A stretch of DNA of 64,000 bases from an uncultured Candidatus Saccharibacteria bacterium (GTDB lineage Bacteria > Patescibacteriota > Minisyncoccia > Phycocordibacterales > CSBR16-119), in NCBI GenBank assembly GCA_964490365.1, contig CAZBAG010000001.1, positions 129,512 through 193,511 on the forward strand. Direction: 5' to 3'. Position numbers and translations under genes: made by a program. Below, piece after piece: positions 36,917-44,941 of this stretch (its first letter is position 1; every line of letters begins with the position of its first letter). The notes under the pieces were generated by a model. That model saw only the letters and a list, made by a program, of their open reading frames with translations. It was not told where the DNA came from and did not search any database.

Positions 36917-37049
36917 GACGAGCTAAATCACGAAAGGTTTTTTCGTACTTTGTAAAAATCCTATTTGACTCTTTTTCAACAGAAATGACAGATGGAGACT
37001 TATCCATCTTATTGTTATTTTTTTTAAAAATAAACCAAATATTTTTCAT
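36885..37049 (-). CDS. Putative antitoxin (54 aa) overlapping the doc start (Phd-like position)
   Basis: MKNIWFIFKKNNNKMDKSPSVISVEKESNRIFTKYEKTFRDLARHDRGEKILSN. Its stop overlaps the doc ATG by about 30 nt in the +1 frame. It falls below the ORF-track size cutoff. Confidence 0.45.
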   Translation of the reverse strand: MKNIWFIFKKNNNKMDKSPSVISVEKESNRIFTKYEKTFRDLARHDRGEKILSN

Positions 37050-37100
37050 TAGTTAAATTATACTACTTCTTAGCAACTATTTGTCAATACAGTGTTAATA

Positions 37101-37153
37101 AATATATTGACCCAATTTCTGAAGAAAAATTATTGGAAGTTTTTAAAGGATAA
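37101..37153 (+). repeat. Direct duplicate of the 3' end of the 35944..36474 gene (matches 36418..36474 at about 90%)
   Basis: ATATTGACCCAATTTCTGAAGAAAAATTATTGGAAGTTTTTAAAGGATAA matches ATATCGACCCAATTTCTGAAGAAAAGCTATTAGAGGTTTTTAAAGGGTAG and encodes the same YIDPISEEKLLEVFKG* peptide. The two copies flank the doc-antitoxin module. Confidence 0.6.
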
Positions 37154-37154
37154 G

Positions 37155-37184
37155 AAAAAGGGCGTTCCGTTTGGAACGCCCTTT
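37155..37184. terminator. Hairpin terminator (gggcgttcc gttt ggaacgccc)
   Basis: A perfect 9-bp stem with A and T runs on both sides. It lies downstream of the 37211..37834 gene on the minus strand. Confidence 0.55.
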
Positions 37185-37210
37185 GCTTCGCTTCTAGTGA
37201 GGAGTACCGA

Positions 37211-37834
37211 TCAGTAATCTCCTTCAAACATTCTGTCGAACCGCTCATCTGCGCGTCGCTGATTATCGTCATCTTCGCGTTGCTGGTCACTTACTTCTTG
37301 CATCTGATCAGCCACCTGGTCCAGAGACATGTCATCGAGCTCAGGATCTTCCTCTTCCCAAGCCCTACTTTGTTCATGACTCCACTCAAGTTGCATGATC
37401 TTGTTCGCACGACTCTCATTGGTGATCTCATGCCGAGTCCGCTTCAATACAAAGCGAGAAATCGTTGGGATATTATTTCCCTGATCATCCCACTTCGTTG
37501 AAGAGTTTACCCGGCGAACCACGATAGTGCGAGTTCCAAAGAAGTAGAACTCATCACCTTCTCTGAAGAAGGTTGCCCACGACTCGGTATTTGAGACATG
37601 GATCATGGGTCGCGGTTCACCTCGGCGGACCCTCAGAGTATCATTGAGCATCCAATGAGAGCTCACCATGGCGATCCACCAATCACTGACATCGAGATTG
37701 ATCGGAAGGCCGGCAACTTTCTTCGGGAGCACACTATCCTCGTGTTCTGTTTCAACGACCTCTCCCGCAAAGAAGTTCTTGAGACGTCCGATCAAAAGAC
37801 CCAGCACTTTATCAGAAAGAATGATCTTCTGCAT
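37211..37834 (-). CDS. Hypothetical protein with a highly acidic C-terminal tail (207 aa), GC-rich cassette gene
   Basis: G+C is elevated. It has its own TTGACA-17-TATATT promoter and its own terminator. The family is unrecognised. Confidence 0.5.
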   Translation of the reverse strand: MQKIILSDKVLGLLIGRLKNFFAGEVVETEHEDSVLPKKVAGLPINLDVSDWWIAMVSSHWMLNDTLRVRRGEPRPMIHVSNTESWATFFREGDEFYFFGTRTIVVRRVNSSTKWDDQGNNIPTISRFVLKRTRHEITNESRANKIMQLEWSHEQSRAWEEEDPELDDMSLDQVADQMQEVSDQQREDDDNQRRADERFDRMFEGDY

Positions 37835-37890
37835 CTTCGTAGGTTTTGAGCCAAGTTTCCTCGGCGGTTTGTACTTATTTTCTTAACTAT

Positions 37891-37919
37891 AATATAGCAT
37901 ATTTAATGCTATATGTCAA
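37891..37919 (-). promoter_or_regulatory. Sigma70-like promoter TTGACA-17nt-TATATT
   Basis: The minus strand reads aTTGACAtatagcattaaatatgcTATATT. Confidence 0.55.
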
Positions 37920-37922
37920 TAC

Positions 37923-39596
37923 TTACCTATTGAGGAACACTCTCGCTAATTGCACATCAAAATACGAAGTATTCCCCCCTACTTTACTTTTCACCGGTGA
38001 AAGATTCAGTTCGCCTGTTGCATCATAGAGTTTTTGAAACGTCACCAGAATATCTTTAAACTTCTTTCCCTTTGGCTTAAGATACGAGACTTCTTCTTTT
38101 TCAATCTTCCCTTCCATTACCAATTTTTCAATATGAGTTAAGACAGTTTCTTTCGTTAAGCCTCTTTCGACTGCAATATCATCAATACTTTTTTGTTCGA
38201 GCAGCAAAACTTTTGTTTTTTCAAACGTACTTGTTTTATCAAGTTCAGCTTCACGAGCTTGTACGTCAATCACTTGGATTGATCCTTCAGATCGAATGAT
38301 AAAATCTTCTTGGGATTTTTGTATTTCCTCTGGTGTTTTTTTGTGTAAATAGTCTTGTATGTGGGCCGACTTACTTCGAAACTTTTTATCAGCTTCAATA
38401 ATTTTTGGATGTACCATCAGCGCTTGAGCATTGAATCCCAAAAGCTTAAGCCCTTCTAACGTTCGTACACGAGAAAGCGCCACGTAGCCTTGTCCATATT
38501 CAAAAGCACGACCTAAATCGATCTCAGCGGCATCTAGGGACATTCCTTGGCTTTTGTGGACCGTAATAGCCCACGCCAGACGAAGTGGTACCTGGGCAAT
38601 AGAGGCGATGATTTTATCGCCATCTTCAATACTCCACGACACAGGTTCGATGAGTAATTCTTTACCTTGATTCGTGACAATAATCGGGTACCCAGTTTCC
38701 TTTTCAAAATCAATCACCTCACCGAGTGTGCCGTTTACATACCCCACTTCGAAATTGTTTTTCGTACACATCACCACCGCTCCGATTTTCAAACATAGAT
38801 TTTCTGGAGAAAGACAACTTTCTTTTAAACGTTGCACGTGGTTCCCCTTTCCCTTTGAAACCATCTCATAGTACTCTTCATCTTGATCAATTTTTGCGAG
38901 TTCTTCTTGGTTTATTTTATCGACATCTGCGTTGTGCGTATACAGTTTTGTGGACTTAATCACATCTTCAAAAGAAACATCGAGCCTGTCACGAAGTTCT
39001 TCAAATTCTTCTTCAACATCTCCACTACGGATACGGTCAAGAATCCCCAGCAAAGCATGATCTTCTTGACGGTGTTGTTCGGTGATATAGGCAACGAGCG
39101 GATTTACCTCTTTCCAAGCAGCTGACTCAAAAGCAAATTGGGTCGCTTCACCTTTTTTCGTGATTGGTGGAAGCTGAAAAAAGTCGCCCACGACGATAAC
39201 CTGCATGCCACCAAACGGTAGATTATTTCTCCTAAACGATTTACAGACTTTATTGACCGAATCAAAAAGATCTCCGGAGAGCATTGAAATTTCATCAATG
39301 ATGAGAACTTTTGTTTGCTCGTATCGCTTCCAAAGATATTTTTTACCTTCAAGTTCATCAACTTCGTAGTCAGTGATTTTCTGCCGAGCGCCAATGCCTG
39401 ACCATGAGTGAATGGTTACTCCGCCAATGTGTGTTGCGGCAATACCGGTTGAAGCAGTTATTGCCGCAGAAATATCATGTTCTTTCAGATACTTTGTGTA
39501 TTGATTTAAGACATATGTTTTACCCGCACCAGGAGCACCAGTGAGAAAAACATTGGCGCCAGTTTTTAGGATTGTGAGAGCGTCTGATTGAGTCAT
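37923..39596 (-). CDS. RecD/Pif1-like ATP-dependent DNA helicase (AAA_30 + UvrD_C-like) with a C-terminal HTH
   Basis: Walker A GAPGAGKT, Walker B IIDEISM and SF1 helicase motifs (...VHKSQG...); 557 aa. Confidence 0.7.
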   Translation of the reverse strand: MTQSDALTILKTGANVFLTGAPGAGKTYVLNQYTKYLKEHDISAAITASTGIAATHIGGVTIHSWSGIGARQKITDYEVDELEGKKYLWKRYEQTKVLIIDEISMLSGDLFDSVNKVCKSFRRNNLPFGGMQVIVVGDFFQLPPITKKGEATQFAFESAAWKEVNPLVAYITEQHRQEDHALLGILDRIRSGDVEEEFEELRDRLDVSFEDVIKSTKLYTHNADVDKINQEELAKIDQDEEYYEMVSKGKGNHVQRLKESCLSPENLCLKIGAVVMCTKNNFEVGYVNGTLGEVIDFEKETGYPIIVTNQGKELLIEPVSWSIEDGDKIIASIAQVPLRLAWAITVHKSQGMSLDAAEIDLGRAFEYGQGYVALSRVRTLEGLKLLGFNAQALMVHPKIIEADKKFRSKSAHIQDYLHKKTPEEIQKSQEDFIIRSEGSIQVIDVQAREAELDKTSTFEKTKVLLLEQKSIDDIAVERGLTKETVLTHIEKLVMEGKIEKEEVSYLKPKGKKFKDILVTFQKLYDATGELNLSPVKSKVGGNTSYFDVQLARVFLNR

Positions 39597-39618
39597 ACAG
39601 AAAGCATTTTACCATGAA

Positions 39619-39652
39619 ATAAAAAACGCCGACCCTTTAGGGGTCGGCGCTG
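39619..39652 (-). terminator. Hairpin terminator (gccgaccc ttta ggggtcggc) downstream of the 39671..40078 gene
   Basis: A perfect stem with a T-run on the minus strand. Confidence 0.55.
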
Positions 39653-39670
39653 CTTCTTTAGGTTTGTACT

Positions 39671-40078
39671 TTATCGTAGGGCCGCCAAGGCTTCTCCAAT
39701 TTTATTGTCGCCGTCACGATCAGGTGCAATGGCGATGATCTTATCCAGAAGCGCTTCCAGTGCTTGATTAGTGCTGTACCCACCAACTGGAGCCTGGCCA
39801 TCTAGCAAGTGCCCGCCTCCGTAGAACAATTTGAGTTTACATTTGGGCACGTGAGGCTGGGCATCACTGTCTAAAAAGAATATGACTTTGATGAGGCACA
39901 TCTTTCTGATGCTGTACTGGGAGTTCAAGTTTCGAGGCATAAAGCCAAACCCTGATGGTGCATGATGATCGATACAGTAATTAACCATCACGTTTGATCC
40001 TTTCCAATTCTTCTCAACAATCGTCTTCAGATCGTGGAGCTTCAATAAGGTCACATTGTATTCGAGCATGTCTTTCAT
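39671..40078 (-). CDS. Hypothetical protein (135 aa), GC-rich cassette gene
   Basis: The leader is gaaatagaaaccaaacccaaaccaacgtaccATG. G+C is elevated. The family is unrecognised. Confidence 0.5.
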   Translation of the reverse strand: MKDMLEYNVTLLKLHDLKTIVEKNWKGSNVMVNYCIDHHAPSGFGFMPRNLNSQYSIRKMCLIKVIFFLDSDAQPHVPKCKLKLFYGGGHLLDGQAPVGGYSTNQALEALLDKIIAIAPDRDGDNKIGEALAALR

Positions 40079-40109
40079 GGTACGTTGGTTTGGGTTTGGT
40101 TTCTATTTC

Positions 40110-40139
40110 ATACTATGTCATGTACAATAATTTTGTCAA
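40110..40139 (-). promoter_or_regulatory. Sigma70-like promoter TTGACA-18nt-TAGTAT
   Basis: The minus strand reads gTTGACAaaattattgtacatgacaTAGTAT, directly after the hairpin at 40146..40171. Confidence 0.5.
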
Positions 40140-40145
40140 CATAAG

Positions 40146-40171
40146 AAAGGCGCTCCGTAAGGAGCGCCTTT
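40146..40171. terminator. Hairpin (aggcgctcc gtaa ggagcgcct)
   Basis: A perfect 9-bp stem with a GNRA-type loop. It separates two tandem cassette genes. Confidence 0.55.
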
Positions 40172-40178
40172 GAAGAAG

Positions 40179-40703
40179 CTAGCGATGTACTCTGTTTGCC
40201 CTGTAGACACTAAACATGATCACTTGGTGGAGTGTCTTTGGATCAACGAACCGTGCCCTGATGTAAGTACGGCAATTTTTTGGATGAACACCTTGTAGCC
40301 CATTCAAAAACTTCAGTTTGAACATCCGCCTATTGATCAGGTACTGATCTTCACTACTACCCACGCCACTCGGTGCTGGAGTTGTGAAAACATACTCCAC
40401 GAGTCGCATATCGGAAGGTGGAACAAGAACCTCTTCTTCTCCATGCTCGGAAGAAGAGCCATTTTGACCTTCATACACAATTGGCACCGAAGCGTTGTTA
40501 TAGAAGGTTCTATAACGCCAGCGTTTAATGCAACCTGCCTTGCGCCACATTTTACGGTCAAAGTCTCGCCACTGCTTGAATGCTTCGATGAACTGCCTCT
40601 GATGTTCAGGAGATTCTCTTGTTCCAGATTTTATAATCTGAAAAGATTCCTCTAAGAGCTTGGTCCGCAACATAACGAGCTGACGTAGTTTGTCTGTAGC
40701 CAT
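40179..40703 (-). CDS. Hypothetical Trp/Arg-rich protein (174 aa), GC-rich cassette gene
   Basis: The start context is ccaccATGG. G+C is elevated. The family is unrecognised. Confidence 0.5.
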   Translation of the reverse strand: MATDKLRQLVMLRTKLLEESFQIIKSGTRESPEHQRQFIEAFKQWRDFDRKMWRKAGCIKRWRYRTFYNNASVPIVYEGQNGSSSEHGEEEVLVPPSDMRLVEYVFTTPAPSGVGSSEDQYLINRRMFKLKFLNGLQGVHPKNCRTYIRARFVDPKTLHQVIMFSVYRANRVHR

Positions 40704-40728
40704 GGTGGAACGTGGTTTGGTCTGGTTA

Positions 40729-40758
40729 TAAAATACAAGATTTAAGAGTCGTGGTCAA
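40729..40758 (-). promoter_or_regulatory. Sigma70-like promoter TTGACC-18nt-TATTTT
   Basis: The minus strand reads aTTGACCacgactcttaaatcttgTATTTT, directly after the hairpin that ends rpsI. Confidence 0.45.
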
Positions 40759-40766
40759 TAAAAACG

Positions 40767-40790
40767 AAAATCCCCCATAGGGGGGGATTT
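40767..40790. terminator. Hairpin terminator (atccccc atag gggggat) immediately after the rpsI stop
   Basis: A perfect stem followed by a T-run on the minus strand. Confidence 0.55.
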
Positions 40791-40791
40791 A

Positions 40792-41205
40792 TTATCGTTT
40801 GCTCCATTGCTTTCTCTTTCGAGCAGCTTGTGCGAGACCGGCCTTTCGTCGTTCTCGTGATCGTGGATCTCGTTTGAGGAAACCAAGTTTCTTCATTGAA
40901 GACCGAAGAGATTCATCAAATTTTACGAGAGCTCGAGTGATACCATGTCGGATAGCATCTGCTTGTCCGTTGATACCCCCTCCGGAAACCATAACTGAAA
41001 CAGTGAATGATTTTGGTGCTTCTTGTTTATCAAAAGGATCAGTAACAACTTTTCGTAGATTATCTACGGTAAAGTATTCGTTTAAATCTTTATCATTAAT
41101 AACAAAAGATGTTTTTGACGCAGGAGAAATGCGAACACGCGCTGTCGATGTTTTTCTTCGTCCTACTGCTTCTATGTATTTTTCTTTTGTTTTAGCTGTT
41201 ACCAT
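40792..41205 (-). CDS. rpsI: 30S ribosomal protein S9
   Basis: GRRKTSTARV and the C-terminal ...RKRKQWSKR. Confidence 0.9.
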   Translation of the reverse strand: MVTAKTKEKYIEAVGRRKTSTARVRISPASKTSFVINDKDLNEYFTVDNLRKVVTDPFDKQEAPKSFTVSVMVSGGGINGQADAIRHGITRALVKFDESLRSSMKKLGFLKRDPRSRERRKAGLAQAARKRKQWSKR

Positions 41206-41208
41206 GGA

Positions 41209-41553
41209 TTAGTCGTTAATAGTTAAGTTCTTCATGAGTTTGTCTCGTAGTTTATTTCCTGGAAGCATTCCGTATACTGCGTTTTTGATTACTTCACTGT
41301 ATCCCTTTTTCTCGATTAATTTCTTAAGACTGTCAGTTCGGAAGCCACCTGGATATCCTGAATATCGTTCATATTCTTTTTCTTCAAGCTTTTTAGGATC
41401 AATAGAGAGTTTTGATGCATTCAAAACCACAACACTGTTACCAGCGATTGTGTGCTTTTCGAAATCTGGAGTATTTTTACCCATAAGGATAGAAGCTATT
41501 TGATTAGCTACTCGTCCGATTTTCTTATTTTCTGCATCAATTTTATATTCCAT
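41209..41553 (-). CDS. rplM: 50S ribosomal protein L13
   Basis: L13-like sequence (…KIGRVANQIASILMGK…), located upstream of rpsI. Confidence 0.85.
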   Translation of the reverse strand: MEYKIDAENKKIGRVANQIASILMGKNTPDFEKHTIAGNSVVVLNASKLSIDPKKLEEKEYERYSGYPGGFRTDSLKKLIEKKGYSEVIKNAVYGMLPGNKLRDKLMKNLTIND

Positions 41554-41572
41554 AAAAGTCTATTTAGTATAC

Positions 41573-41929
41573 TTATTTAACAAATTCAATCAATGCCATC
41601 GGTGCCGCATCTCCTGCTCGTGGAGGAAGTTTCATAATTCGTGTATAGCCACCTGAAATGTCTTTAAACTTTGGCGCAATTTCTTCTACAAGCTTCTTTG
41701 TTTCTGGAGCACGATTCATAAGTCGTGACATGATAACCCTTTTTGTGTTTACGTCACCTTTAAGAGCTCGAGTGATGAGCTTTTCTACCATTGGACGAAT
41801 TTCTTTCGCTTTTGCATCAGTAGTTTTGATTCTACCGTGAATAATAAGAGACAACACTAAAGACTTCAGAAGTGCGCTTCTGACCTTTGTTTTTCTACCG
41901 AATTTTCTATTGTGATTACCGTGTCTCAT
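41573..41929 (-). CDS. rplQ: 50S ribosomal protein L17
   Basis: The N-terminal MRHGNHNRKFGRKT and its position downstream of rpoA. Confidence 0.85.
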   Translation of the reverse strand: MRHGNHNRKFGRKTKVRSALLKSLVLSLIIHGRIKTTDAKAKEIRPMVEKLITRALKGDVNTKRVIMSRLMNRAPETKKLVEEIAPKFKDISGGYTRIMKLPPRAGDAAPMALIEFVK

Positions 41930-41952
41930 ATGTTGTTATTTAAATTATTTGA

Positions 41953-42936
41953 CTACTTTAGCAGAATTCCAAAATTACTCAAGGCCCGCTTTATTTCTTG
42001 AATTCCCTTCTCTCCCATACCTTCTAGTTCCAGGAGATCTGCTTCACTCTTTCGAGCGATACCACCAACAGTTCGAATCTTACCGTTTGCAAGAGCATTA
42101 AGTGTTCGAGTTGAGAAATTAAGATCTTCAATTCGAGTTTTCATGATCTCTTGTTCTTCATCTTCACCAGATTCTTTTGATTCTTCTTGCACATCTTCTA
42201 CTTCTTTTTGAACAGCCTCGATAATAGCTTCTGGCTTTTCATCGAGACCTTTAAAATCGTGGATAGCCTGAAGTTGCACGATCATTGTTTCAATAGATTT
42301 TTCAACAGCTTCTCGTGGAGAATATGTTCCGTCTGTTTCAACTGAGATGATGAGACGGTTATAGTTTGTTGAGTCTCCAACTCGCATGTTTTCTACATCG
42401 TAGGCAACACGTCGGATTGGCGTAAAGATTGCATCGAGAGCAATGTGTCCGATTTCCATCTTTTCTTTTTGGATCTCATCTTTTGATACGTAGCCAAGAC
42501 CTTTTTGGATTGTCATTTCAATTTCAAGGTCAATCTTGCCTGTTACCTCACAGATGTATTGATCAGGAGTAAGCACCTCAACTTGTCCAACCCCTTTAAT
42601 ATCAGAAGCAAACACTTCTTTTGGCCCCTTTACTTTAAGGGTAAGTGTTTGAGACTCATCAGTAAGTAACTTAAATCGTATCTTCTTTAAGTTAAGAATG
42701 ATGTTGATAACATCTTCTTTTACTCCGTCCATCGTTGCAAATTCGTGATCTGCACCAGAAATCTTGATTGACGTTATTGATGCTCCTGGAAGTGATGAAA
42801 GAATAATTCTTCTAAGAGAATTACCGAGCGTATGACCGTAACCTGGATATAGATTGTCGATCTCATATATTCCTTTGTTTCCCTCTTCTTTTACTAGACG
42901 AGGCTTTGACGGCAAGATGATGTTTGTATCAATCAT
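41953..42936 (-). CDS. rpoA: DNA-directed RNA polymerase alpha subunit
   Basis: N-terminal assembly domain plus a C-terminal domain; in the rpsD-rpoA-rplQ context. Confidence 0.9.
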   Translation of the reverse strand: MIDTNIILPSKPRLVKEEGNKGIYEIDNLYPGYGHTLGNSLRRIILSSLPGASITSIKISGADHEFATMDGVKEDVINIILNLKKIRFKLLTDESQTLTLKVKGPKEVFASDIKGVGQVEVLTPDQYICEVTGKIDLEIEMTIQKGLGYVSKDEIQKEKMEIGHIALDAIFTPIRRVAYDVENMRVGDSTNYNRLIISVETDGTYSPREAVEKSIETMIVQLQAIHDFKGLDEKPEAIIEAVQKEVEDVQEESKESGEDEEQEIMKTRIEDLNFSTRTLNALANGKIRTVGGIARKSEADLLELEGMGEKGIQEIKRALSNFGILLK

Positions 42937-42976
42937 AAATTAAATTGACTACTAATAATAAGTTAACAACAATGAA

Positions 42977-43585
42977 TTAACGACTATAGAATTCAAGAAC
43001 GGTGTTGAAATCAAGAAATGCATCTTCTTTCTTTGGTTTTCCTTTTATCTCTGCTTCAAGTTTTGCAGTACTGAGCGAAAGCCATGCTGGTGTTTGGAAC
43101 TTTTCAAGCTTCTTGTCCATATCTTGGAAGAGTACTGAAGACTTACTTCCTTCTCGTACAGCGATTTTGTCTCCGATTTTAAGTCGATATGAAGGAACAT
43201 TTGTTTTACTACCGTTTACTGTAAAGTGTCCATGAGATGCCATTTGACGAGCAAGACGTCGTGTTGACGCTAGTCCGAGTCGGTAAATAGTGTTATCAAG
43301 TCTTGTTTCGAGGAGTTCGTAGAGTTTTTCAGAAGCAATAGAACCTTTTGAACTTGTAGCTTCTTCTACATAGTTTTCAAGTTGTCGTTCAGAAATACCG
43401 TAAGAAAAACGAATTTTTTGCTTTTCGTTTAGTTGTTGACCATATTCAGAAAGTTGTTTTTTTGGTCCTTTCTTAGCAAGTTTAGATTTCTTGCCTTCAG
43501 ACACCATAAATTTCTGCGTTTGACATTGATCAAACACTCCACTTCCTAAACGTCTACAAATTTTATATTTTGGTCCTATTATCAT
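42977..43585 (-). CDS. rpsD: 30S ribosomal protein S4
   Basis: N-terminal domain plus S4 RNA-binding domain; 202 aa. Confidence 0.9.
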   Translation of the reverse strand: MIIGPKYKICRRLGSGVFDQCQTQKFMVSEGKKSKLAKKGPKKQLSEYGQQLNEKQKIRFSYGISERQLENYVEEATSSKGSIASEKLYELLETRLDNTIYRLGLASTRRLARQMASHGHFTVNGSKTNVPSYRLKIGDKIAVREGSKSSVLFQDMDKKLEKFQTPAWLSLSTAKLEAEIKGKPKKEDAFLDFNTVLEFYSR

Positions 43586-43606
43586 AACGGGGTCGTATTA
43601 CTTATA

Positions 43607-44041
43607 TTAAACTCTTCGTGGCTTCTTAGCCTTTGGTCCATTAAACGGAATTGGTGTTGTATCTTTGATTGAATTGAGTTCAATACCACGTGACATGAAT
43701 GCTCGAATAGCAGATTCTCGGCCAGTACCAACACCCTTTACAACAACATCAGCTTCTTTTACACCAATAGCTTCTGCTTTTTCACCAATAAGGTCTCCCA
43801 CTTTTGCCGCAGCAAATGGAGTTCCTTTCTTAGCACCACGGAAACCAAGGGCACCTGAAGATGACCAGAAAATAACGTTACCCTTTTTATCAGAGAAAGA
43901 AACTTTTGTGTTATTAAATGTAGCTTCAACAAAAAGCACGCCGTCTGCCAACTTTCGTTTCGAAGTTTTAGCCAAAGCTCGACTTTTGAGCTCTTTGTTA
44001 ACACCTCCTGCTTTTGTTTTTATAATTCTTTTCTTTCCCAT
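43607..44041 (-). CDS. rpsK: 30S ribosomal protein S11
   Basis: S11 family sequence; 144 aa. Confidence 0.9.
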   Translation of the reverse strand: MGKKRIIKTKAGGVNKELKSRALAKTSKRKLADGVLFVEATFNNTKVSFSDKKGNVIFWSSSGALGFRGAKKGTPFAAAKVGDLIGEKAEAIGVKEADVVVKGVGTGRESAIRAFMSRGIELNSIKDTTPIPFNGPKAKKPRRV

Positions 44042-44044
44042 ATG

Positions 44045-44428
44045 TTATGTCTTACTTGCGATAACTCTACCTGAACCCATTGTCTTTCGAACGTTTCCTC
44101 GAACTGTTCGAGAATTTGTTTTTGTTCGTTGACCACGCACTGGGAGACCTCGTGAGTGTCGTGAACCTTTATACGAGCCAATATCTTTAAGACGCTTAAT
44201 GTTCGCAGAGACTGTTCGTTTAAGGTTTCCTTCTATCGTAAAGTTGTCTTCAATGATCTTTCTAATAGTGTTTTCTTCGTCAGTAGTGAGGTCTTTTGGA
44301 AGTTTACCGTATTCAACTTTTGCTTCATCAAGAATTTTGTGAGCTCTTGAACGACCAATACCATAGATGACGGTAAGCGCCATCTCAATTCTTTTATTAT
44401 CTGGAATTGTTATACCTGAAATTCGCAT
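44045..44428 (-). CDS. rpsM: 30S ribosomal protein S13
   Basis: MRISGITIPDNKRIEMALTVIYGIGRSRAHKIL matches the S13 N-terminus. Confidence 0.9.
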   Translation of the reverse strand: MRISGITIPDNKRIEMALTVIYGIGRSRAHKILDEAKVEYGKLPKDLTTDEENTIRKIIEDNFTIEGNLKRTVSANIKRLKDIGSYKGSRHSRGLPVRGQRTKTNSRTVRGNVRKTMGSGRVIASKT

Positions 44429-44448
44429 AATCTCGTTATAAAATAAAA

Positions 44449-44571
44449 CTAACCTTGTCGAGCTTTTCGGCGAGGATTCTTTTTGTTAATTCTGTATATT
44501 CGTCCGTTTCGTTTGACGATTTGATCTCCTTGAGCGAGATCTTTTTTCTTGATAGAAGTCTTAATTTTCAT
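44449..44571 (-). CDS. rpmJ: 50S ribosomal protein L36 (Cys-less, zinc-independent type); absent from the supplied ORF track
   Basis: The minus-strand [43 protein letters not shown] (40 aa) has the L36 spacing and occupies the canonical slot between infA and rpsM. Confidence 0.6.
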   Translation of the reverse strand: MKIKTSIKKKDLAQGDQIVKRNGRIYRINKKNPRRKARQG

Positions 44572-44680
44572 GAAAATTGTAACCTTTTTGTGAACTCAAA
44601 CTAAGGTTTTTGAACCGTTAGTAACAATTCGGTATATTAACTTATAACCTAAAAAAAAGCAAGTAATGCACTGGAACACC

Positions 44681-44896
44681 CTACATTCTTCGAGATATTC
44701 TGCCTTTTCCGCCATATGGATCTATGACGACTTCAACTTTATCTCCAATAAGAACCTTGATTTTAAACCTTCTCATCTTCCCCGACAAATAGGCTATCAT
44801 GGGGTCTTCTTGACCATCGAGTATGACTCGAAACATAGCGTTTGGTAAAGATTCCACAATAGTACCGATTGATTTTTGTTCTTGTTTTTGATTCAT
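44681..44896 (-). CDS. infA: Translation initiation factor IF-1
   Basis: S1-like OB fold (..GTIVESLPNAMFRVILDGQ..KMRRFKIKVLIGDKVEV..). Confidence 0.85.
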   Translation of the reverse strand: MNQKQEQKSIGTIVESLPNAMFRVILDGQEDPMIAYLSGKMRRFKIKVLIGDKVEVVIDPYGGKGRISRRM

Positions 44897-44941
44897 TGTA
44901 AGAGTTGTATAATCCTAACAGAAAAATATGAGTTGGTCAAA

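Noticed and set aside
36885-37049. Calling the 54-aa ORF upstream of doc a bona fide Phd/YefM antitoxin
   Set aside because: Its position and the overlap with doc fit an antitoxin. No recognisable Phd/YefM or AbrB sequence signature could be confirmed by eye. It is reported only as a putative antitoxin.
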